This document shows, piece after piece, positions 26,487-36,500 of a DNA stretch of 64,000 nucleotides. Position 1 is the stretch's first letter; the number at the start of each line of letters is the position of its first letter. This stretch comes from Candidatus Woykebacteria bacterium. Lineage in GTDB: Bacteria > Patescibacteriota > Microgenomatia > Woykebacterales > RBG-16-39-9b. The notes under the pieces were generated by a model. It had not been told where the DNA came from. It made no database searches and saw only the letters and a list, made by a program, of their open reading frames with translations. The position numbers and the translations under genes are program-made. The stretch covers positions 456,547-520,546 of the forward strand of contig JBBDPM010000006.1 in assembly GCA_040876345.1 (NCBI GenBank), written 5' to 3'.

Positions 26487-27593
26487 TTACGTTTGGGTGC
26501 GGACCGGCATAACTATGTAAATAAACGACTCATCCTCGGGAGATTTTATTTGGGCTGGATTTGTGGGTCCGGCAAATCTAATCTCTACTGACTCTCCTGG
26601 TATACTTGTTAGCCCCTCAGATAAATAGCGGCTATTAAAAGCTATTTGAATTTCTTGCCCCTCTATTTTATTTGCAGCTAGTTCGACCGAGCCCTCTCCA
26701 ACCTGACCTGATGATGCTAGAAGCTTAACTTCTCCTTCTCCACTGACATTCATGCGCAAAACGTTTCCCAAGTCCCGGGCGAATGTATTAACTGTTTTAA
26801 TCCCATTCAATAATTCCTCCTTGTTTATCACCATCGTGGTAACAAACGACTTTGGTATTACTGAATCAACATTGGGAAATTCTCCTGCTAAAAGCTTAGT
26901 GTAATAGTCAATGTGGCCGGCTGAAAAAACAACTAAATTGTCTTCGCTAGATATATTTATTTTTAGGCTCTCCTCCTCGAGGCCCCCAATAATTCTCTCT
27001 GCTTCAACAAGAGCTCGGGCCGGAATTATCACCTCATCTAGCTTCATTTTCTTAAGTTCTTTACTAGCTAACCTATAACCGTCCGTTGCTACCAGTAGGG
27101 TTTTCTCCCCGTCCTGTTTAACCAGAACACCAGTTAGTACCGGTCTGCCTTCATCTTGGCTGGCCGCAATACTTACTGCCTTGGCCGCCCTTAGAAAATC
27201 TTCCTTAACAACGCTGCTTGCTTTAGCGTCCATAACTCTGGGTGGCTCCGGGAACTCTTTAGCCGATATAGTCGGTATTTTGGCCTCCGTCTTGCCGGAT
27301 TTAATCTCGGCTGTCTCTTGGACCACTGCAATTGTGATACTCTCATCTATTAAAGTGCTGATGAACTCGAGTAGAGTTCTTGCCGGCACAGTTATTTCTC
27401 CTTCGGTCACCACTTTTGCTGGAGCCCAGGTTTTAATTGTGGTATCTAAGTTTGTTCCAATTAAAGTTACCCCGCCTTCCTGGGTTTTTAGAAGTACGTT
27501 TCCTAAAACCGGTGTAGTTGGACGTGCCGAGATTGCCTTTGCGGCGATACCGACATTTTTGAGGAATGTTTCTTTACTAATTTCTATCCGCAT
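26487..27593 (-). CDS. dnaN: DNA polymerase III beta clamp
   Basis: RPVLTG, ATDGYRL and C-terminal VMPVR. Confidence 0.97.
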   Translation of the reverse strand: MRIEISKETFLKNVGIAAKAISARPTTPVLGNVLLKTQEGGVTLIGTNLDTTIKTWAPAKVVTEGEITVPARTLLEFISTLIDESITIAVVQETAEIKSGKTEAKIPTISAKEFPEPPRVMDAKASSVVKEDFLRAAKAVSIAASQDEGRPVLTGVLVKQDGEKTLLVATDGYRLASKELKKMKLDEVIIPARALVEAERIIGGLEEESLKINISSEDNLVVFSAGHIDYYTKLLAGEFPNVDSVIPKSFVTTMVINKEELLNGIKTVNTFARDLGNVLRMNVSGEGEVKLLASSGQVGEGSVELAANKIEGQEIQIAFNSRYLSEGLTSIPGESVEIRFAGPTNPAQIKSPEDESFIYIVMPVRTQT

Positions 27594-27830
27594 AGGCTTT
27601 CTTATTAGCTGTTTATATTTAAATTAGTAGTATTAGACAGTGTGAATTTGTTAATATTACACTAGCTCCAGCCTAAAATCCAGAAGAACTAGTGTTGAAA
27701 ATGGTGTGGACAGAATGTGGAAAACCACCACAAAACGAAGCCTATGTGAAAACCCTGCTTCTGATTTCCCCAACAATTTCACATGTTTTAGGAGAAGTCG
27801 CCAGGCTAGCTAAAATCTTATTCACAGAAT
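27594..27830. other. Chromosomal origin oriC in the dnaA-dnaN spacer
   Basis: DnaA-box-like 9-mers at 27641, 27693, 27705 and 27716, plus a perfect TTATTCACA at 27818. DnaA-trio-like TAGTAGTATTAG (27625-27636) lies next to an AT-rich tract. Confidence 0.8.
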
Positions 27831-29112
27831 ATATCACGCTAGTATGATCAGCTTTGTTTAAAACCTCAGCAATATTTACAAGGCTTAGTTTTAAATCAGT
27901 GCGTAATATATACATTGCTATTTGGCGGGGAAATACAAGATTACGCTTTCGGCTCTGACCATTTAAGTCTTGGACGGAGAGTAGGAAATGCTTGGCCACC
28001 TCATTTAACACAAGTTTGGGGTCCGCTTTTTTTAGTCGCTCTCTGTTTGTTAGATCAATCACCTCGCTAAGCAGTGCCTGTGAGATTGGGCGGCTCGTTA
28101 CTCTGGAGTATGTGAAAAGTCTAACTAGGCCTCCCTCCACGTCTCTAATACTTCCAGGAAAAGCTTCGGCGAGAGTTCTAATAATTGCCTGGGACAAGCT
28201 TAAGTTTTGGGCTTTGGACTTATGGGCAACAACCGCCTCCCGCAATTCTAACTCTGGAGACCCGATGTCCGCAACCATTCCACTTTGAAATCGCCCTTTA
28301 AGACGCTCGTCCACTCTCTTAAGAACAACAGGCGGTCGGTCACTAGCCAAAACGATTTGTTTTCCGGTAGCAAAAAGGGAGTTAAATGTATGAAAAAGTT
28401 CTTCTTGAGTGGCCTCCCGGCCGGATAAGAATTGGACATCATCAATTAGCAACACATCCACGCCGCGGAATTTTTTTCTAAAATTAACCGTAGTTTTAGC
28501 CTGAATTGAGGCGACAAGTTCGTTGGTAAAATCTTCACACGTGCAGTAGAGAGTTTTTAGATTATTGTTTTGGTAAAGCTTTTCCTGGGCGATTGCTTGG
28601 ATGAGGTGAGTTTTTCCGACGCCCGCCCCTCCATAAACAAAAAACGGGTTTGGGCTGTTTCCGCCTCCGACAATTGCTCTCGCCACGGCGTAGGCAAGCT
28701 CATTACTTTTTCCAACAACAAAATTATCAAAACTGAAATTTGGGTTAAGACGAGCCTTAGTTAGGGCCTCTTCGAGTACGTCTTTTTCCGTGTTTGGAAA
28801 AAGTGGCGCGTGTTGGTATCTGTCGATAGGAGCCGTTCTTCTTCTAACAACCTCCTGTTTGATCATAGGGTTCACGGTAAAAGCTATATCAACTGTTCTA
28901 CCGGCCACCTGTTCTATAATTGCTTTTATCTGCGCTTGGTAGCGCGACTCTAACCAGTTTTTAACGTAAGGGGAGTTACACCCAATCTCTAGGATATTTT
29001 CATCCCAAGAATTTATCGCTGTTTTTCCTTTAAACCAAGTTTGAAAATTGGCAGAAGATAAGTTTAATTGTAACTGCGCAAGCGCGGATTCCCACAAAGT
29101 ACTGTTATCCAT
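27742..29112 (-). CDS. dnaA: Chromosomal replication initiator DnaA
   Basis: FDNFVVG, GGAGVGKTHL, IDDVQF and DHTSVIY motifs. Confidence 0.98.
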   Translation of the reverse strand: MDNSTLWESALAQLQLNLSSANFQTWFKGKTAINSWDENILEIGCNSPYVKNWLESRYQAQIKAIIEQVAGRTVDIAFTVNPMIKQEVVRRRTAPIDRYQHAPLFPNTEKDVLEEALTKARLNPNFSFDNFVVGKSNELAYAVARAIVGGGNSPNPFFVYGGAGVGKTHLIQAIAQEKLYQNNNLKTLYCTCEDFTNELVASIQAKTTVNFRKKFRGVDVLLIDDVQFLSGREATQEELFHTFNSLFATGKQIVLASDRPPVVLKRVDERLKGRFQSGMVADIGSPELELREAVVAHKSKAQNLSLSQAIIRTLAEAFPGSIRDVEGGLVRLFTYSRVTSRPISQALLSEVIDLTNRERLKKADPKLVLNEVAKHFLLSVQDLNGQSRKRNLVFPRQIAMYILRTDLKLSLVNIAEVLNKADHTSVIYSVNKILASLATSPKTCEIVGEIRSRVFT

Positions 29113-29123
29113 AATGTTCTTAA

Positions 29124-29162
29124 ATTATTAGGGGTAGGGGGATTATATTATTGGGGTAGGGG
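29124..29162 (+). repeat. Tandem direct repeat ATTATT(A)GGGGTAGGGG x2 just upstream of dnaA
   Basis: Seen directly; four runs of at least 4 G. Confidence 0.7.
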
Positions 29163-29233
29163 TTCTTTGGTCAAGAAGGACGTTCTACTACTCTTCTGCA
29201 TCATTGATCTAAAAGATGCCAGTATAAAGAAAT

Positions 29234-29262
29234 TTGACATGAAAACTGCACTTCTCTATACT
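29234..29262 (+). promoter_or_regulatory. Promoter of the rpmH operon
   Basis: TTGACA-N17-TATACT, ending 10 nt before the ATG. Confidence 0.75.
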
Positions 29263-29272
29263 ACCCGATACT

Positions 29273-29410
29273 ATGCCAAAAAGAACATATCAGCCAAAAA
29301 AGGTAAAAAGAAAAAGGAAACACGGGTTCCTTTCTCGTATGAGTAAAAAGATAAGCCAAAGAGTAATAAAAAGAAGAAGAGCTAAAGGTAGAAAAAAAAT
29401 TTCAGTCTAA
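29273..29410 (+). CDS. rpmH: 50S ribosomal protein L34 (not in the ORF track)
   Basis: [23 protein letters not shown]...[12 protein letters not shown]; its stop overlaps the rnpA ATG. Confidence 0.97.
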   Translation: MPKRTYQPKKVKRKRKHGFLSRMSKKISQRVIKRRRAKGRKKISV

Positions 29411-29748
29411 TGCTCTCAGCAAAGCACCGCCTGAATTTAAGTAAAAATCGTTTCAGGACAGCTGATAAAAGCTTCAGTTCATCCTTTTTTAAGTTACTTA
29501 TTAAAAAAGGAGCCGGCGAAGGCCCAAAAATAGGCTTCATTGTGAGTGGAAAAATTGGCAAAGCGGTCACCAGAAATAGGGTAAAGAGGCTGCTCTCGGA
29601 AATACTGGCAAAAAGGATCGAGGCTATCCCAAAGGACTTGTCGTTAATTTTTATTGCATTTCCGGCTTCAAAGGACAAGTCTTATGAGGAATTGGAAGCT
29701 GAAACAGAAAAGATTTTAAACAAGCTATCTAATTTGTCAGAAGAGTAA
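29410..29748 (+). CDS. rnpA: Ribonuclease P protein component
   Basis: GKAVTRNRVKR motif; conserved synteny. Confidence 0.95.
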   Translation: MLSAKHRLNLSKNRFRTADKSFSSSFFKLLIKKGAGEGPKIGFIVSGKIGKAVTRNRVKRLLSEILAKRIEAIPKDLSLIFIAFPASKDKSYEELEAETEKILNKLSNLSEE

Positions 29749-29753
29749 TAGTT

Positions 29754-30479
29754 ATGGATTTTTTAGTTAACATTTTAATTAACCTGAATAACTTGACCGG
29801 AAGCTTGGGTCTAACCCTGATTATAATCGGTATCTTAAGCCGAATTATTTTTTACCCCGCGACTGTAAGTAGTATAAGACAATCTAAGAAAATGGCCGAT
29901 CTTCGGCCGAAGCTTGAGGAAATAAAAAAAAGGCACGGTAGTGACAAGAAAAAATTAGCCGAAGAGCAGGCTAGACTTTACCGTGAGTCTGGAATCAGTG
30001 CCCTTGGTTGTTTAGCGCCAATAGTCCAGTTAGTAGTGGCTTTAGTTTTGTTCCAGGTTTTACTCAGGCTTTTAAAGACTGGTGTTGAGACCGATTTTCT
30101 TATTTGGGATCTAGCTAAACCAGATTCTTACGCGGTTGCAAATATTCCTTTCAAGCTGCCGGGAGTTTTGGTAATTTTGACGGCTGTAGCCACGTTTATC
30201 CAATCAAAAATGAGTTTACCCGAGCCAGTTCATGAGTACAAATCAGATTCTCCCAAGGAGAAAAAGGAAAAGGAAGGTTTTGCAGAGGCGATGGCGGCGA
30301 GTCAAGGGCAGATGGTTTATCTTTTTCCGTTTTTGATCCTCTTTACAGGAACACTTTGGCCCTCGGGGCTAGCTTTATACTGGATTGTTAGTACAATCTT
30401 GGGTATAATCCAGCAGTATTATATTGCTGGTTGGGGGAGCCTAAAACCATGGATACAAAAATTACCGCTAAAAACTTAA
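29754..30479 (+). CDS. yidC: Membrane protein insertase YidC (short form)
   Basis: LRPKLEEIKKRH, GCLAPIVQ and PSGLALYW motifs. Confidence 0.93.
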   Translation: MDFLVNILINLNNLTGSLGLTLIIIGILSRIIFYPATVSSIRQSKKMADLRPKLEEIKKRHGSDKKKLAEEQARLYRESGISALGCLAPIVQLVVALVLFQVLLRLLKTGVETDFLIWDLAKPDSYAVANIPFKLPGVLVILTAVATFIQSKMSLPEPVHEYKSDSPKEKKEKEGFAEAMAASQGQMVYLFPFLILFTGTLWPSGLALYWIVSTILGIIQQYYIAGWGSLKPWIQKLPLKT

Positions 30480-30940
30480 AAATCGCTAAAGAGACAACCG
30501 AAGAGTTACTTAAACTATTAAATATCGAGGCTGGTGTAAAAGCAGAGAGCCTTGAGTCTTCCATCAGCATTGATATATCCGGCGAGGATCTGGGACTGCT
30601 TATTGGGCACCAGGGTGACAATTTAGAGGCTCTTCAGCTGGTTTTGGGTCTTATTGTTAATAACAAGAAGAACGGCCCAGCAGACTGGACACCGGTAAGT
30701 GTTGACGTGGGTGGTTGGCGAGAAGAAAAATCCCAAGCGCTAAAGAGCATGATAGAAAATATTGCTGCCGAGATTGAGAAAGAAGGTGGAGAGAGGGCCC
30801 TGCCTCCGATGCCAGCTTCTCAAAGACGTATGGCCCACTTAATTTTAGCTGATTTCCCAGGATTGATTTCTGAATCGGATGGAGAAGAGCCAAACCGCAG
30901 AGTTATCATAAAAAAGGGTAGTAAAGAAAATGGAGGCTAG
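30449..30940 (+). CDS. jag: Jag/KhpB-like KH + R3H RNA-binding protein
   Basis: GLLIGHQG, RRMAH and SESDGEEPNRRV motifs. Confidence 0.88.
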   Translation: MDTKITAKNLKIAKETTEELLKLLNIEAGVKAESLESSISIDISGEDLGLLIGHQGDNLEALQLVLGLIVNNKKNGPADWTPVSVDVGGWREEKSQALKSMIENIAAEIEKEGGERALPPMPASQRRMAHLILADFPGLISESDGEEPNRRVIIKKGSKENGG

Positions 30941-31379
30941 TAAACTCCCTATTACGTTCACCATCTACACTGATGGAGGCTCACGAGGCAACCCCGGCCC
31001 AGCAGCTAGTGCATGCGTAGTCAAGGATTCTGCGGGAAAAGTGCGGGTTATAAGCGGGAAATATCTGGGAAGAGCCACTAATAATTATGCCGAGTATCAA
31101 GGGGTTGTCCTGGCTTATGAGGAGCTTGCTAAAATGCCCAGTATTGATACAACCACGTTAATTATTAAATTCAATTTAGATTCAAAATTAGTAGTAAATC
31201 AGCTCAATGGGTTATTTAAGATTAAAGACCCAGCTATTAGAGAGGCCGTGGTAAAAATTAAGGGCCTGGAAAATATGTTCTCGCAGGTCTCATACACATA
31301 TATACCCAGAGAGAAAAATACGTTCGCTGATAGAATTGTCAACGAAACGCTAGACCAGTCAACCAAGTTTAAGAGCTGA
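30930..31379 (+). CDS. rnhA: Ribonuclease HI
   Basis: YTDGGSRGNPG, TNNYAEY, DSKLVVNQ and REKNTFAD motifs. Confidence 0.93.
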   Translation: MEASKLPITFTIYTDGGSRGNPGPAASACVVKDSAGKVRVISGKYLGRATNNYAEYQGVVLAYEELAKMPSIDTTTLIIKFNLDSKLVVNQLNGLFKIKDPAIREAVVKIKGLENMFSQVSYTYIPREKNTFADRIVNETLDQSTKFKS

Positions 31380-31456
31380 AAGTACTCAAGGCGGGCTTCA
31401 ATGCTGACCCTTGTAATTTGGCAAAGTGTTGAATTAAAATCGAGCAGAATAAAAAT

Positions 31457-33127
31457 ATGAGCACTTCTGCCCAAGATAGAATCTTTCCATTCAAATTTAC
31501 TAATAGTCAAACTAAAACTGCTTTAGTGGCCGGTGGGGCAGGTATAGTTGGCTCTAACATCTGCGAGAGTTTATTGTCCCTAGGGTTTTCGGTAATTTGT
31601 ATTGATAACCTGACTTCCGGGGAAAAAAGTAATGTCGAAAGCCTAGTGAACTCCCCGAATTTTTCATTCGTTAAGGCTGATATTAATTCCCCCAGTTTTA
31701 TTCTCCCCGAAGAAGTAAAAGTAGATGTTATTTTCCATGCCGCCGGCCTTGAAGAGTTTTCAATAAACAAAAACCTCTCTTTAGAGACACTATTGGTTAA
31801 CTCTTTAGGAACCAGGGTACTTTTAGAAATTGCAAAAGTAAAAAAAGCAAAATTTATCTTTGTTTCTACAGCGGAGCTTTATAGCGGTGCTTTTTCCTCC
31901 ACATCTCTGAAGTACTATTTTGGAAAAAATCCTCAAGATGAGTCAACCTTTACTCACAATGAAGCAAAACGCTTTGCAGAAGCTTTAGTTTTCGAATACT
32001 TCAAACAATACAATTTAGACGCTTTAATTGTGAGAATAAAAGACGTTTATGGTCCAAAGATGAACCTGCAAGCTGAAGGGGTAGTTAATAAGCTTATAAA
32101 AGAGACGATTGAAGAAAGAAAACTAACCATTGCGGGTGATGGGCTAAAGACAATTAACCCCACGTTTATCTCAGACGTGACAAGAGGAATAATTAAGGCA
32201 ACCCAGGAGGGGTCTTCAGGAGAAATATATAATCTTGTTAGCCCTGAGAAAATCACTGTTGCCAATTTTGCTCAGACTCTGAATCAGGTAGTAGGGGGAC
32301 TACAGATTTTTTACAAAAAAGGCCTTGAGGATATGGAGATACCTTACCACCAGCTTGATTTGAGTACAACCATCGAAAAGCTGGGTTGGAGACCGATCGT
32401 TAATTTAGCCGATGGAGTCTACGAAACTTTAAACTATTTTACAAAAAAAGCGGCTCCGGAGCAGAAGAAGGCCCCGATACCCATTTTCTCCCCCGCGGAG
32501 GCAGTATCAAAAAAAGCGGAAAAACCCAGAATAGCCTCATCCCTCCACCGCCACTTAAGATTAATAATCTTTATTAGTTCTTTAGCGCTTATCTTAATTA
32601 CAGTGGTGTACCCAGGCTCCGCTCTACTTATTAATACTTTCCAGGGAAATTCGAATTTTGAGAAGTCCATTGATGGCCTTGAGGCCGATGATATAGCGTC
32701 TAGTAAAACTCAAGCTGAAAAATCGGAAAAATATTATCAGAAGGCCTCACAAAACTTAAATAATTTGAAGTGGCTGTTACAAATTTTTATTGAAAGGGAG
32801 AAACTTTCTGCCTTATCTGATTTTTATTTCGGCGGGGAAAAAATTTCCGCCTCTGAAGTTTCAGCTGCCCAGGCTCTAACTACCTTGAGCCAAGAAGGAT
32901 CGAAAGAGGAAATAATTAGTGAAGCAGACTTAAATAAGTTCCTTTTAGATATAAAAGCCCTAGCGCAGGAAGCCGAGATTAAACTTGAAATGGGCTCAAC
33001 CAAGCTGGACTCTATCGAAACTAGTAAACTCCCAAATTCCCTTTTGGATGATGCGTCAAAGTTTAGGGAAGGCAAAAGCATTTTGGAAGATATTATTAAG
33101 CAGCTTTTAAACTCGACAAACACTTGA
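31457..33127 (+). CDS. NAD-dependent epimerase/dehydratase-like domain fused to a TM helix and a helical extracytoplasmic domain
   Basis: GGAGIVG, CIDNL and VYGP motifs; HNEAK in place of YxxxK; a TM helix follows the epimerase domain. Confidence 0.75.
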   Translation: MSTSAQDRIFPFKFTNSQTKTALVAGGAGIVGSNICESLLSLGFSVICIDNLTSGEKSNVESLVNSPNFSFVKADINSPSFILPEEVKVDVIFHAAGLEEFSINKNLSLETLLVNSLGTRVLLEIAKVKKAKFIFVSTAELYSGAFSSTSLKYYFGKNPQDESTFTHNEAKRFAEALVFEYFKQYNLDALIVRIKDVYGPKMNLQAEGVVNKLIKETIEERKLTIAGDGLKTINPTFISDVTRGIIKATQEGSSGEIYNLVSPEKITVANFAQTLNQVVGGLQIFYKKGLEDMEIPYHQLDLSTTIEKLGWRPIVNLADGVYETLNYFTKKAAPEQKKAPIPIFSPAEAVSKKAEKPRIASSLHRHLRLIIFISSLALILITVVYPGSALLINTFQGNSNFEKSIDGLEADDIASSKTQAEKSEKYYQKASQNLNNLKWLLQIFIEREKLSALSDFYFGGEKISASEVSAAQALTTLSQEGSKEEIISEADLNKFLLDIKALAQEAEIKLEMGSTKLDSIETSKLPNSLLDDASKFREGKSILEDIIKQLLNSTNT

Positions 33128-33152
33128 GCAGCGTGCTATACTTAATTCAACT

Positions 33153-33530
33153 ATGACGGATAAGGTCATAAAGCAGTTTGAAGAGCAATTTGGTAAGGAG
33201 TGGCGGTGTGTTTGTAAAGCTTTGTTCAGAAAGGGAAATTTAGAAATTTTATCAGAGTCTGATAATTCTTTACTTGCCCATTACCGATGTCCAAGTTGTG
33301 GGAGGGAACAAATGTTAGCAGCTGCAATTAGTGATTCGGAAGAAATAGAAGAAAGAGGTATAAAAAGAGGGGAGTTTATAAAACTTCCGAAAACTACAAT
33401 AACCTCAGACGACGTTTTGGATATAAAGTTGGCAGTCCAAAGAATGAAGGCTAATACGATCAAATCTTTAGCAGCCTCAAAGAGGAAATCGGTAGTTACT
33501 GTCTCTAAAATCCCTTCCTCCAAAAATTAG
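33153..33530 (+). CDS. Hypothetical Zn-ribbon protein
   Basis: CVC and CPSC motifs; ITSDDVLD. Confidence 0.6.
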   Translation: MTDKVIKQFEEQFGKEWRCVCKALFRKGNLEILSESDNSLLAHYRCPSCGREQMLAAAISDSEEIEERGIKRGEFIKLPKTTITSDDVLDIKLAVQRMKANTIKSLAASKRKSVVTVSKIPSSKN

Positions 33531-33630
33531 ATATCCGGATGGATGTGAGTGTCTACTCGAATAGATTCTAGTTTTTAATTCGAGAAAGTTAAAGTACTTA
33601 CCTTGACTAGGCCAGTATAATAGTTAATCT

Positions 33631-34335
33631 ATGGAAAAAACCGTTCTCAAAGCAGAAGTAAGAAAAATCTTAGGAAAAAAAGTTAAAAGAATCAGAAAAG
33701 AAGGCACGCTTCCGGCAAACCTTTTTGGCAAAGGTATAAAGTCAAAATCCCTACAAGTTACTGAAAAGGATTTTCGCGAGGTTTTTAAACAGGTTGGGGA
33801 GACCGGTGTTGTAACGGTTAAAGTAGAAGGGGAGGATTACCCAGCCCTTATTCATAATATACAACTTCAACCCAAGACAGATGCAATTTTGCATGCCGAT
33901 TTTCACAAAGTCAATTTGAAAGAAAAAATTACTACCCATGTACCGGTGAGTTTGGAAGGAGAGTCCCCAGCCGAAAAAACTGGTGTTGGGCTTCTACTTC
34001 AGACCATAAGTGAGGTAGAGGTTGAGTCTTTGCCAGCTGATATTCCGCACGAGATTAAAGTGGATGTTTCTAAACTCGAAGAAGTAGGCCAGTCCATCCA
34101 CGTGAAAGATCTTAAAGTAGCTAAAGATAAAGTTGAAATCAAGAACGATCCAGAAGCCACTGTCATTACAGTCCAAACTGCTGAAATGAAAGAGGAACCC
34201 GTAGAAGAAACTCCCGCCCCAGAGGAAGTAGAAGCTACCGCCGAAAAGGGTGAAAAGGAAGAAGCAGAAGGCTCCCAGGCTGGTGGAGAAAAACCCTCCC
34301 AAGAATCCTCAGAAGAAAAACCCCAAGAATCTTAA
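33631..34335 (+). CDS. rplY: 50S ribosomal protein L25/Ctc
   Basis: RKEGTLPANLFG and HADF motifs; acidic tail. Confidence 0.95.
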   Translation: MEKTVLKAEVRKILGKKVKRIRKEGTLPANLFGKGIKSKSLQVTEKDFREVFKQVGETGVVTVKVEGEDYPALIHNIQLQPKTDAILHADFHKVNLKEKITTHVPVSLEGESPAEKTGVGLLLQTISEVEVESLPADIPHEIKVDVSKLEEVGQSIHVKDLKVAKDKVEIKNDPEATVITVQTAEMKEEPVEETPAPEEVEATAEKGEKEEAEGSQAGGEKPSQESSEEKPQES

Positions 34336-34367
34336 AGTTATTACGTCTGTAGGAAGGTAATATTATG

Positions 34368-34404
34368 AAGGAAACCGAGGACTTTAGCCTTCGTAGTTGT
34401 TCAT
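34368..34404 (+). mobile_element. Possible degenerate IS200/IS605 right-end remnant
   Basis: CGAGGAC-TTTA-GCCTTCG followed by TAGTTGTTCA resembles the CTTTAG-loop hairpin and TTCA end of IS605-family elements. No transposase is present. Confidence 0.35.
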
Positions 34405-34466
34405 ACCCTGAGTAATGCGCAAAAGATGGACCCGCCAGAAATATGTATTACTGGTACAATATCTCT

Positions 34467-36293
34467 ATGTATCAAGATGGAACAACCCACCGCGAAGGGC
34501 GCATTAATCGTGAAATTCATAAACTGTTTTGGCAAGCAAATTTTCAAGATAAAAATAGACTAATCTTGACCTACTTAACTCGTATACCCGCAGTTGCTGC
34601 CTACAATGTTTTTATTCCCTTAGTTAGCGCATACGGGATCCAAGCCATAATAGATAAAAGGTTAGATCAGGTTAATCATTACGCCTTACTGGTTATACTG
34701 TTATCCATTTTTTACTGTCTATGCTGGTCTATAGGTGGTATAGCTATAAGTAAACAAGCTATTAAGGGTTCTAAATACATTCAAAATAGAATATTCGCAA
34801 ACTTTTTGGCCAAGGATTACGACTTTTATACCAACGCCTACTTTGGCTCGTTAGGAGCCCAGGCCGCCCGTATACGAGATGCATTTAACATGTACGGTGA
34901 GATAGTAACATTGGCTCTACCCAAGCAGATCACTATTGTTGTTGCAGGAGTAGCAATTATCGCCTTTCAATCGCTCGCACTGGCAGTGGCGACGGTAGTG
35001 GCGATGCTATTTGTGTTGAGTTACACCGTGCTGACCAGCTCATGGCGGCTGCAATTCAGACGCAAAACAAGCGAGGCTAGCAGTGAAGTGGCTGGTAGTA
35101 TCGGCGACTCATTAACGCATGGCCCAACTGTAAAAAGCTTTGCCATGGAAGATTATGAAATGCAACGTCTGCAAAAGCCGCTTGCTCGTTGGGCAAAAGA
35201 ACAGTACAGAACCTGGGTCACTTTTGTGCCGGCCGATACTGGGCGGATGCTGTTAGCAGCCATCACTACCGCCGTTCTATTAATTTATTCGTCAAGATTG
35301 TACCAGCAAGGCGCAATATCTATAACTATAGTCATTTTAATTCAGCTATACGTCATTAGGCTCGTAGCCAGCACTCTTGATATAGCAGAGATGATAAAGC
35401 GCTATGAAGAAGCAATGGGCAACGCCTATGAGCCTGTTAAAACCATGGGCATACTTGTAAATATTAAAGATCCTGAAAGCCCCAAAAAATTGGCGCAAAG
35501 CACCACACATACATTAGAGTTGCAAGAAGTTTCGTACCAATACCCAGAGGCGGCAAAGTCACAATATGCAGTAAGTAACTTCTCGCAAAAGATTAAGCCA
35601 GGCGAAAAAGTCGGTCTTGTTGGTTATTCCGGAAGTGGCAAGACTACTCTCACGAAGTTGCTACTGCGCTTTATGGATGTGACAACAGGTAAGATTATTA
35701 TTGATGGCTTGGATATTAAGGAGATAGGGCAAAAAGATTTGCGTAACGTGATCTCTTATGTGCCACAAGAGCCTTTACTGTTTCACCGCTCTATCGCCGA
35801 AAATATTGCTTATGCCAACCCCAATGCACCCAAAAGTATCGTTATCAAAGCCGCCAAAATGGCCTATGTAGATGAATTTGCAGAAGAGTTACCAAAAGGT
35901 TACGACACGCTTGTGGGAGAAAGAGGTGTAAAGCTCTCCGGTGGGCAGCGCCAACGGGTAGCCATAGCCCGTGCATTACTAAAAGACAGCCCAATACTAG
36001 TTTTAGATGAAGCTACTAGTGCTTTAGATAGTAAGAGTGAAAAATATATACAGGACGGCCTGCGCCAGCTAATGAAAAACCGAACCTCGTTAGTAATTGC
36101 CCATCGACTCAGTACTATCCAACGAATGGATAGAATAGTAGTTATGGACAAGGGTCGTGTTGTGCAAAATGGTACACACCAACAATTGCTTGAAGAAGAG
36201 AATGGAATTTACTCCAAGTTGTGGAGTCATCAAAGCGGTGGCTACATAGGTGTTGTATCTAGCTTCGCATCAGAAGAAAGTGAAGCTTTATAA
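34467..36293 (+). CDS. ABC exporter, fused TMD + ATPase
   Basis: GYSGSGKT, LSGGQRQR, LDEATSALD and IAHRLST motifs; 6 TM helices. Confidence 0.93.
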   Translation: MYQDGTTHREGRINREIHKLFWQANFQDKNRLILTYLTRIPAVAAYNVFIPLVSAYGIQAIIDKRLDQVNHYALLVILLSIFYCLCWSIGGIAISKQAIKGSKYIQNRIFANFLAKDYDFYTNAYFGSLGAQAARIRDAFNMYGEIVTLALPKQITIVVAGVAIIAFQSLALAVATVVAMLFVLSYTVLTSSWRLQFRRKTSEASSEVAGSIGDSLTHGPTVKSFAMEDYEMQRLQKPLARWAKEQYRTWVTFVPADTGRMLLAAITTAVLLIYSSRLYQQGAISITIVILIQLYVIRLVASTLDIAEMIKRYEEAMGNAYEPVKTMGILVNIKDPESPKKLAQSTTHTLELQEVSYQYPEAAKSQYAVSNFSQKIKPGEKVGLVGYSGSGKTTLTKLLLRFMDVTTGKIIIDGLDIKEIGQKDLRNVISYVPQEPLLFHRSIAENIAYANPNAPKSIVIKAAKMAYVDEFAEELPKGYDTLVGERGVKLSGGQRQRVAIARALLKDSPILVLDEATSALDSKSEKYIQDGLRQLMKNRTSLVIAHRLSTIQRMDRIVVMDKGRVVQNGTHQQLLEEENGIYSKLWSHQSGGYIGVVSSFASEESEAL

Positions 36294-36460
36294 CACCAAA
36301 CTGACATAGATGCCCTAAATATTGATACCAAAAAGATTCACGATGACCTTCAGCTCACAAGCATAAGTAAGTAGGCTAATCAGGCTACCAACTACTTCAT
36401 CAGAACCAAGATCAAAACGTTTTTCGTGTCGGGCCAGTCCCCATTGCATTTCTTGGGATT

Positions 36461-36495
36461 TTGACAAACCTCTTACTGTTTAGTAAAATGTAAGA
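36461..36495 (+). promoter_or_regulatory. TA promoter with overlapping operator
   Basis: TTGACA-N17-TAAAAT; inverted repeat TCTTAC (36471)...GTAAGA (36490). Confidence 0.7.
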
Positions 36496-36500
36496 CAATT

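Noticed and set aside
20383-33572. Shared TAGATTCTAG in the prgI and rplY upstream regions
   Set aside because: A 10-nt AT-rich match without extended similarity is compatible with chance.
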